Origin: Acidobacteriota bacterium
GTDB taxonomy: Bacteria; Acidobacteriota; Aminicenantia; UBA2199
Length of the DNA: 44,850 bases
Assembly: GCA_030837085.1 (NCBI GenBank)
Contig: JAUPLE010000104.1
Coordinates: 1 to 44,850, forward strand
Direction: 5' to 3'
A program made the translations under genes and the position numbers. Below are positions 28,350-37,700 of this stretch, piece after piece. Below the pieces are notes generated by a model that did no database searches, was not told the origin of the DNA, and saw only the letters and a list, made by a program, of their open reading frames with translations. Within the stretch, counting starts at the first letter, position 1. The number at the start of each line of letters is the position of its first letter.

Positions 28350-31300
28350 TCACGAGATCCTTAATTTTTGGGCTTGCTTAAAACGATTATTATTAAACGT
28401 CTGCCGCTGTTTATTCCCTCTATCCTGACTCCTTTTAAAAACACTCTCTGGTTGCAGTTCAGGCTTTTGATTATTACCAATATGCCCTGCGAGGGAATAA
28501 ATTGTGGGGTAACGAAATAGGTCTACAATAGTTAACTCCCGATCATAAATCTCACTCAAACGACTGTGCACCTGGGTAAGTAACAAGGAATGCCCTCCTA
28601 AATCAAAAAAATTATCGTTAATCCCAACCTTCTCCAGGTGCAAATACTCCATCCATACCGATGCGATGACTTGCTCGATCTCCGTCTGCGGCGCCTTGTA
28701 TTTTACCTCCAGATCCTGCCGAACATTGTATAATATGGGGAGAGCAGCGATATCCACTTTCCCATTGGTAGTTAAAGGCATCGCATCAATAAATACGATA
28801 AAGGCTGGGATCATGTATTCCGGTACCCGGCGACCTATCCACTCCCGCAATTCGTTGCTGCCGACTTTTTGCCCACTCCCGACAACAACATAAGCCACCA
28901 AGCGCCTGTCCCCTGGAACTATTTCACGGACCACTACAGCAACATCGGCTATAGCCGGATGCAGCCCAAGGTAAGTTTCAATCTCTGATAATTCTATCCG
29001 ATGCCCATGAACCTGTACCTGTGTATCGATCCGTCCTAAAAACTTAATGCTTCCGTCCGACTGCCAACTGCCTAAATCACCGGTTTTAAAAAGAATATAG
29101 GTCTTATAGGACTTATAGGACCTATTTTTATTTTTAATAAACTTTTCCGCCGTTAATTCCGGGTTGTTTAAATATCCCCGGGATATTCCTTCACCGCCTA
29201 TGTACATCTCACCCGGCACGCCTATGGGAACTACATTATAATACCTATCCAAAATATAAACCTTTGTATTGATGATAGGCTTCCCCACGGGAATTATCGG
29301 ATATTTTGAAAAATTCAAACCCATTTCATTTACAATCGTATATGTCGAACAAACTGTAGCTTCGGTTAAACCATACCCATTGACAATGGTAATCGCTTCG
29401 ATCAAATGATCGATATCGCCGGCGGAAAGCGCTTCTCCACCACTCAACAACAGCCTCAGTTTCCCAGGTCGCCACTCAGCGGAATTCAGTCGGGCAATCA
29501 TAGACGGAACCGTGCTGAGGATGGTTATATCTTGGGTGGAAATTAAAAGTTTTAACTTCTTTATATCCAAAAAAGAAACCCTATCCGCTAAAAATATAGC
29601 GCCGCCAGAAGTTAAAATAGGCAATATCTCTCCCACAAAACTGGCCGAGGCGATAGATGTCAATGGCAGTATCCTATCTCCAGGCCCCGGGCTATACGAA
29701 CGGATAAATGAATATACCAGGTTTACAATATTCCTATTATCGATCAAAATCCCCTTGGGCTCCCCGCTAGAACCGGATGTGTAAATCACGCAGGCAGCAT
29801 TCTCCGCACAACAGCCGTTTAGACAATTATTATCACTTTTTCCAGAAATGAAATCCTTTTCATTATCCAGGCAAACGATTCTTTTCCCGTACCACTCAAA
29901 CCGGCTTAACTCAGTAGTAGCGGTAATCAGTACCGTTGAGCAGGCATCCTTCAATATGGACATCAATCGCCCATCGGGATAGGTGGGGTCCATAGGAATA
30001 TACGCCCCTCCGGTCTTGAGTATTCCCATAACTCCTACGATCAAATCCAACGAATTTTCCATACAAATCCCAACCAGCGTCTCAGTTCCAACATTCATTT
30101 CGTGTAATAAATGTGCCAACTGGTTGGCCTGGCAATTGAGTTCTGTATACGTTAATTGTCTGTTTTCAAATATAACGGCAGTTTCATTGGGATTCTTCTC
30201 TACACAGATTTCAAATAATCGGTATATACAAATATCTGCGGGGTAATCGCAATCGGTGTCATTCCAATGAACCAATAAATGCTGCTTCTCCTCTTCCGAA
30301 AGCATGGGAAGTTGGGAAATCGCCTGGTCAACGCTGCTGAGAACCGCGTCCAGCAACGCCTGGAAATGAGCAGTTATCCGCCGGATGGTATCGACTTCAA
30401 ATAAATCCGTGCTGTACTCGAATGTTCCTTTCATACCACCCGCTTCTTCCCACATGGTTAATGACAGGTCCATCTGGGAAAAACCGGTGTCGATCTGGAT
30501 AGGAATAATGGTAAGGTCAGAAATGCTTATCGCCGGCATTGGGGCGTTCTGCAGTTGAAACATCACCTGGAATAATGGCGTTACGCCTAGATTTCGCTGT
30601 GGGTTTAACTCCTCTACCAATCGTTCAAACGGGATATCCTGGTATTTGTACGCTTCAGAAAAAGCGGAGCGAACTCCCAGGAGAAGTATCTCAAACGTGG
30701 GATTCCGGGAAAGATCCGTGCGTATGACCAATGTATTGACAAACAGACCGATTAGGCCTTCCAATTCGATGCGGTGGCGACCGGCGATAGGAATACCGAT
30801 AAGTATGTCTTCCTGACCTGAATAGCGAAATAGGAGTGTATTATAAACGGCCATTAACAGCATAAAAAGAGTAACATTCTCCCTCCGGGCCAGGGTGTTC
30901 AGTTCCTGAAGTTTGTCTCCTTGGATATAAAAGGGCTGGACCGATCCTTTCCCTGAGAGCATATTGGGTCGCGGGTGATCAGTGGGTAATTCCAGCATTG
31001 TCGGGGATCCGGCCAATGCGGTTCTCCAATAGGCTAATTGGGTCTCATATAACTGTCCCTGCATCCATTCATGGAGCCATTGTACATAATCGGTATATTG
31101 GATGGGGAGTTCGCCCAACGGTGAAGGTTTTCCTTGATTAAAGGCTTCATAGAGAGAGATTAATTCTTTCAACATGATGCCCTTGGACCAACCGTCCATG
31201 ACAATGTGATGGATACTAACCACCAGGGCATAATCGTCCGTTGCTATTCTCAGTAGCCCGGCCCGAATAAGGGGGGCGTCAGCTAAATCAAAAGGCTGCC

Positions 31301-31697
31301 GGGAGAAATGGTTAACAAAATCCCTGATTTGTTTTTCCACGTCCGTACCTGTTTGCAGGTCTAAGACAGTAATGATTAGATGTTCTATCTTTTTAAATAC
31401 CTGGGTAGGTTGCCCTTCTTTGGCTGGGAAGTTCATTTGTATGACCCGGTGGCGGCGAACAATCTCATTAAGGGTCAGTTCCAGGGTCGAGATGTTCAAA
31501 GGTCCTTTGATACGCAAAGCAGTAGGATCATTATAGGCCGCACTGCCCGGATCAAACTGTTGTAAGAACCAAATACGGCGCTGGGCAAAGGATAGTTTAA
31601 ACGGCCCCGGATCATCTCTTTTTTTCAGTACCGGGCCTCCAAGGGTTTGAATACCTTTCTTTTTCAGTAATTCTTCAAATAATTTCTGTTTGTTCAT
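28350..31697 (-). CDS. NRPS, 1115 aa: C-A(no Asp235)-T
   Basis: HHIVMDG, YTSGSSGEPKG, A4 region TSIASASFVGE, NGYGLTE, NGK and GGHSL. Confidence 0.93.
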   Translation of the reverse strand: MNKQKLFEELLKKKGIQTLGGPVLKKRDDPGPFKLSFAQRRIWFLQQFDPGSAAYNDPTALRIKGPLNISTLELTLNEIVRRHRVIQMNFPAKEGQPTQVFKKIEHLIITVLDLQTGTDVEKQIRDFVNHFSRQPFDLADAPLIRAGLLRIATDDYALVVSIHHIVMDGWSKGIMLKELISLYEAFNQGKPSPLGELPIQYTDYVQWLHEWMQGQLYETQLAYWRTALAGSPTMLELPTDHPRPNMLSGKGSVQPFYIQGDKLQELNTLARRENVTLFMLLMAVYNTLLFRYSGQEDILIGIPIAGRHRIELEGLIGLFVNTLVIRTDLSRNPTFEILLLGVRSAFSEAYKYQDIPFERLVEELNPQRNLGVTPLFQVMFQLQNAPMPAISISDLTIIPIQIDTGFSQMDLSLTMWEEAGGMKGTFEYSTDLFEVDTIRRITAHFQALLDAVLSSVDQAISQLPMLSEEEKQHLLVHWNDTDCDYPADICIYRLFEICVEKNPNETAVIFENRQLTYTELNCQANQLAHLLHEMNVGTETLVGICMENSLDLIVGVMGILKTGGAYIPMDPTYPDGRLMSILKDACSTVLITATTELSRFEWYGKRIVCLDNEKDFISGKSDNNCLNGCCAENAACVIYTSGSSGEPKGILIDNRNIVNLVYSFIRSYSPGPGDRILPLTSIASASFVGEILPILTSGGAIFLADRVSFLDIKKLKLLISTQDITILSTVPSMIARLNSAEWRPGKLRLLLSGGEALSAGDIDHLIEAITIVNGYGLTEATVCSTYTIVNEMGLNFSKYPIIPVGKPIINTKVYILDRYYNVVPIGVPGEMYIGGEGISRGYLNNPELTAEKFIKNKNRSYKSYKTYILFKTGDLGSWQSDGSIKFLGRIDTQVQVHGHRIELSEIETYLGLHPAIADVAVVVREIVPGDRRLVAYVVVGSGQKVGSNELREWIGRRVPEYMIPAFIVFIDAMPLTTNGKVDIAALPILYNVRQDLEVKYKAPQTEIEQVIASVWMEYLHLEKVGINDNFFDLGGHSLLLTQVHSRLSEIYDRELTIVDLFRYPTIYSLAGHIGNNQKPELQPESVFKRSQDRGNKQRQTFNNNRFKQAQKLRIS
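29097..29126. repeat. 9-bp tandem array (ATAGGACCT family), in frame
   Basis: ATAGGTCTT ATAGGACTT ATAGGACCT ATT; encodes NRSYKSYKTY. Confidence 0.85.
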
Positions 31698-31734
31698 AAG
31701 AAATTGATAAATTTTTCACTTCCAGGGACGGCAT

Positions 31735-34700
31735 TTAATTGGAAAAAACTTCCCTGTATGTCCTGGCGATTTCTTCAACGGTTTCCGCATCCCCCCAGGT
31801 ATCAACCACATGACCGACTATTTCCCGGATAGTGGGTTTATCGAACAGGATGTTTAACGGCAAATCGATACGAAAGACCTCCCGCATCCGAGCAATCAAT
31901 TTCGTGGCCAGCAGCGAATGTCCTCCCAGGGCAAAAAAGTCATCCTGCACGCCCACCGGTGCGATACCCAACAATTGCTCCCAGATTTCGGCAGCGATCT
32001 TTTCCGCATCTGTTTGCGGTTCCTCGTAAATATTTTGCAGTTGGGGTCTTTTATGGACCGCCGATTTAGCGCCCGCGGATTCATCCTGAACCCCGGTACT
32101 CGAAACGGGGGCAGAAACCGGCAAAACCCACTGTCGGAGACGCTTATCCAGGCTCCTGCATGAAATCACTACCTGGGGTGTCCCGGGTGAATTCATTGAT
32201 AATACCCGTTGCAACGCTTCTTTCCCTTCTTCGCTCGTTATAGACGCTGTATTGCGTATACAACCCGGTGACCGATCTCTTTGCCATTCATCCCAGTTGA
32301 TACTGATCCAGTTATTGCCATAAACTTGACTTTGTTCCCGGGCCAGAGCATCCATAAAACTATTAGCCGCACTATATGCATACAAGCCAATACCACCTAA
32401 AACCGCTGATAGTGAAGAAGTTAAAATACAAAAATCCAGGGTTTTATCTTTAAACACATCTGCTATCACATTAGCCCCATATATTTTAGGGCCAAAATGA
32501 ATTTCACAAGTTTCCTTATCCAGTTGTGAGATGGGCTTAAAGTGCTCGTCCGACATGACCCCGGCGGTATGAATTATCCCGTGGATGTCACCGAACCTTG
32601 CTTCGACCAGACGGCGCGCGTGGACCATTTGTTCTTTTACAGAAACATCGGCCTCGATAACCTGTACCTCTGCTCCAGTTTCTTCCAGGCTTTTTATACG
32701 GGGATCCCCCGTTAAATATCTTCGGTCGGTCAGTATGAGTTTGGCGTGTACGGTCTGTGCTAAATAGTGGGCAAACGTAAACCCAATCCTGCCCAGACCG
32801 CCGGTTATAAGATAAACTCCGTTCTGTCTTAATTTTATCGGAATCCCGGGATAATTTCCCAGTTTTATCGGTTCATGGGATTGCACCCAACGAGTATTCC
32901 CACGATAAGCAATCACACGGTCCGGTGGTGAAACGTTTAATTCTAAAAATAAGTTATGCAATATTTCAGTGGAAGTATCGATCTCCAGGTTTCGGCAAAT
33001 GATATTGGGATATTCCTGGGAAATTACTTTGCATGGTCCGGGGATGGTCTCTTTCAAAGGACTGATGGTATCTCCGCTCTCGATCTTAAACATATGGTCA
33101 GATATGATCCAGAATTCTATGAGATTGAACAGGGACTGTTTTCCCAGGGCTTTTACCAGGTAAAGGAGGCTGTAAATCCCCCGCTCCAGTAAAATGTCGG
33201 ACAGTTCTGACTTGGTCCAAAAATGTACGATTTTGTCGATGGTTTTATCGTGGTTTACAATATCTTCCAGTAGGGCGTTATAATCATTGGGGCAACCAGG
33301 GTTAATTTCATAAGCGTCTTCGCCGGTTCGGGCAAATTGCGCTCCGATCGTTACAGTAATGATATGTTGGCCTTTTTCTTTCAGCAGGGGGATTAACTGC
33401 TCCTGGGTTGTCAAGAAAAACAACCAGCATTTGGGCTGCGCTAGATTTTTTTCTATTTCTTGCCGATCCAGGAAGGAGGGAGCGGTTTGTTTCCAGGTGG
33501 GGATATAAAACCAATCTTCTATTTTTTTCTTTCCTTCCTCTATTATTTCCTTATCTACCGTTGCATCATTTCCTGGTTGAAGCCAATAGCTGTTCTTTGC
33601 AAAGGGATAGGTGGGCAGGGGAACACGGTGTCTTTCTTGCCCAGCGTGGAATTCTTTCCAGTCGATTTCCACACCGTGGAGCCATAATTGGCCTATGCTA
33701 TTGAGTAAATAATAGGAATCCGATATTTGTTTTTTTGGATGACGGACCAGATCAATGATTACCGTACCATCGTTTTTGTCTGTTCCCAAATGCTGTTTAA
33801 CAAAAGTACTGGCTGTCCGGCCCGGCCCAACTTCGATAAAAATGGGTACTGTAATTTCCAGGAGTTTCCTTATGCCGTCCGCAAACCGCACGGTTTGGCG
33901 TAAATGATTTGCCCAGTATGTGGGGGAGGTTGTTTCTTTTTCGGTTATCCAGTCGCCGGTTAGATTTGATATGTAGGGAATCTGGGGAGGATTTAGCCGG
34001 ACTCGTTTGGCGGTTTCTTCGAACTCCTTCAATATGGGGTTCATCATCGGGGAATGAAATGCATGGGAGGTGTGAAGTAGAGTACTGTCATATCCTTTCA
34101 GTTTCAACAGCTTTTCGAAGGAATAAACTGCATCATGGGGTCCGGAAACAGTACAGAGGTTTGAAGAATTCACTGCCGCCAGGGAGAGTTCTGCGGCGTC
34201 GCTGTTCTTGCTATTTTCCTCTAATATTGTCAGCAGGTCTTTTTCCAGGATGGGGACGCTTAACATGGCGCCGGGGGGCATTTTTTGCATTAGTTTTCCC
34301 CTGGCTACCACTAGTTTTAAAGTGTCTTCCAGGGTGAGTACTCCGGACAAACAAGCGGCAGTATATTCGCCGATGCTGTGCCCGATCATGGCATGAGGTT
34401 TGACTCCCCAATTCATTAACAATTTGGCCAGTGCATATTCGATGGTAAAAATTACCGGCTGCGTAATTTCTGTTTGGTCTATAATATCGGTCTTATTGGA
34501 CCTATAGGACTTATTATCCCTATTACCGTCAAGTGAAGGATAAAGAATCGTTTTAATATCATAATCAATAATTGGTTGTAAAATTTCAAAACAGTGGTCC
34601 ATTTCGCGGCGGAAGACCGGTACGTTCTGGTACAGGTACAGGCCCATATCGACATACTGCGAACCCTGGCCAGGGAACATGAATATAACCGGCCTGCTTC

Positions 34701-37700
34701 CGGGCTCGGAAAAAAAGATTTCTCTTTTCTCGCTGTTAGTCAGGGCTTCGATGGCTTCATCCTTATTGGAGCATACAAACATTTGCCGGTAATGAAAACG
34801 TGCCCGGCCCACATGTAAGGTATAGACCGCATCGGCCATATTTATAGAGAGCGTATTTTTTCTTAAATAATCGGCCAGGTTCCTGGCTTGTTGTTCCAAT
34901 GCAGTTTGAGTTTTTGCAGACAATAAAATCAATTCATATTGTTTAACTCCTGATCCCTCCACACTGCCCCCTAAATATTCTTCTAATATCACATGGGCGT
35001 TGGTGCCGCCGATTCCCAGGGAACTGGCGGCAGCACGACGCGGCGTCTCCGAGTCCGGCCAATCACGTAGTTTAAGGTTCACATAAAAGGGGCTGTCGGC
35101 GAAACCGATCAAGGGATTAGGTTCCGTTACATTAATACTGGGGGGAATTTGTTTATATTTAAGACATAATACCGCTTTTATTAAGCCGATAACACCGGCT
35201 GCCACATCCAGGTGACCGATATTGGCTTTTACGGAACCCAAGGCGCAGTATTGCTTGCCGCTGCCAGCACTGCCGTACGCTCGGATCAAGGCGGAAATTT
35301 CCACGGGGTCGCCCAAGACCGTACCAGTGCCGTGGGTTTCAACGTACCCAATAGTATGGGGCTGGATGCGGGATTCTTGTAGGGCTTTTAAAACCACATC
35401 CGCCTGGCCGCTTTCACCAGGACTGTGGAAGCCTACCTTTAACGAACCGTCATTGTTGATGGCTGAACCTTTAATTACGGCATAGATATGATCGTTATCT
35501 TTAACGGCTTCGGACAACCGTTTGAGCACAACAATACCGACCCCGTTGCCGAATACGGTGCCTTTAGCAGCGGCATCAAAAGGCCGACAATGGCCGTCCG
35601 GGGATAAATGGCCGCCTTCGGTATAAAAGTACCCGGTCTTTTCCGGTATTTTAACGGCGATTCCACCGCTTAAGGCTATATCACAATCATGGGCCAATAG
35701 CGCTTGCCTGGCCAGGTGAACCGCTGTCAATGAAGTAGAGCAGGCTGATTGTATGGCCACACTGGGTCCCTTTAAATTGAGCTTGTAAGAGACGCGGGTG
35801 GTCAAAAAATCTTTATCGTTCCCGATCATGGTCTGGAACTCTCCCTGGGTTTTTATCACACCGGGATTTTTCAATACGTTATTTAATAAATAGGTGTTCC
35901 AGCCAACCCCGGCATAGACCCCGATGGACCCGGGATAGGTTTCCCCCATATAACCGGCATCTTCCAACGCCTTCCAGGCATATTCGAGAAATATTCGCTG
36001 CTGGGGGTCCATTAACTCGGCTTCCCTGGGATGATACCCGAAAAAATCAGCGTCGAATAAATCAATGTCCCCCATTACTCCACCAGCAGCAATAAGTTTG
36101 GAACTTCCCTTTATGACCTGGTAAGCTTCGGAACTTTCCAGTTCATCTTCCTGGAAAAATGTGATGGATTCAACGCCGTTTATTATATTCCGCCAAAATT
36201 CGTCAATACCAGTCGCCCCGGGCACTCGCATGGCTATCCCAATAACTGCGATATCCCGGCTGCCCAGCCTTGTCTCCTGCGTTTCCTTTGCTTCCTCTTT
36301 TTTTACTTCGGCATCAGCCTTCCCGGTAACGTTCCCTTCTATAAATGCAGCCTGGCGCGCAATCGTAGGATACCTGAACAACTCCACTACCGATATCGCC
36401 CGCTTCAGTTTGAAGTTTTTTTCCAGTTTGCTCTTTAACTTGATGAGCAGTAAAGAATGTCCACCCAAATCGAAAAAATTATCATCCACACCAATCTTTT
36501 CTTTTTCCAGGAGCTCCTTCCAAATTTCCTGAATTTTACTTTCATATTCACTTCGTGGTGGAAGATAAGCCTCACCGATGCCAATATTGCCATCTACCTC
36601 CATGCTGACCAATGCTTTCCGGTCGATTTTCCCGTTGGGCGTCAAAGGCAAACTCGCTAGCGGCATGAAATGTGCAGGAACCATATAATCGGGAAGCGTT
36701 TTTAATAAGTACTGCCGAATCTCCGAAACAGGAACCTCCCCACTGGAAACGAAAAAGGCATAGAGATTCTTTTCTCCTTCCCTGTCCTCCCTCGCCACTA
36801 CCGCCGCCTCTTTAATACCCGAATAACGCAAGACATGGTTCTCGATCTCTCTCAACTCCACCCGGTTGCCACGAATCTTTACCTGGTGATCAATACGACC
36901 TAAAAATTCTACCCTACCGTCCGGCATCCATTTACCTAAATCACCGGTTTTGTATAGAGTGCCTCCGGCGGCCAGAAACCCTTTTGAAAAAGGGTTTCTG
37001 GACTTCCTAAAACTTTTTATGAACTTCTCTGCGGTCATCTCCGCCCGCTTCCAATACCCATAACATACACCAGCCCCTATAGCACATATCTCCCCTACTA
37101 CCCCCACCGGCTGCAATTGATAATGATGATTCAATATGAATACATTCGTGTTCAAAGACGGCCTACCAATAGGAACCTTCCGCGTATCCGTATCCACTGG
37201 GATCGTGTAATGCATTATATCATCGCTGCATTCGGTCTGACCATAACAATCCACTAAATCGATACCTATATATTTTTCATAAAATTTGTTTACGACAAAC
37301 GGTTTGGTCTCCTCCGATGTCAACGCAATCTTCCTTAACTTCTCCAGCTTTATCTTCTCTTTCCCCTCATCCAATAAGAATAGATACGTTTTTAATACCG
37401 GCGGGATAAGTTCAATAACCGTTACCCCATCTGCCTCCACCACCTGGAATTGCAAATATGGGTCCCACTCCACCTCATCCGTATACACCACCAACCGCGC
37501 CCCCATAAACAACGGCGCCAAAACCTGCCACACCGCTGCAATAACATTGATACTGAAATTATTGGCCACCGTATCCGCTTCCGTAATCCCTAACACCCCT
37601 ATTTTTGTATAGGTATGATTCACAATACCCGAATGATGCAATAACGCCCCTTTCGGTTTTCCCGTCGAACCCGAAGTGTAAATTATATAAGCCAAATCCA

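Noticed and set aside
28324-28353. GTG start at 28353 for the PKS
   Set aside because: The ATG at 28323 has a stronger RBS, although the GTG cannot be fully excluded.
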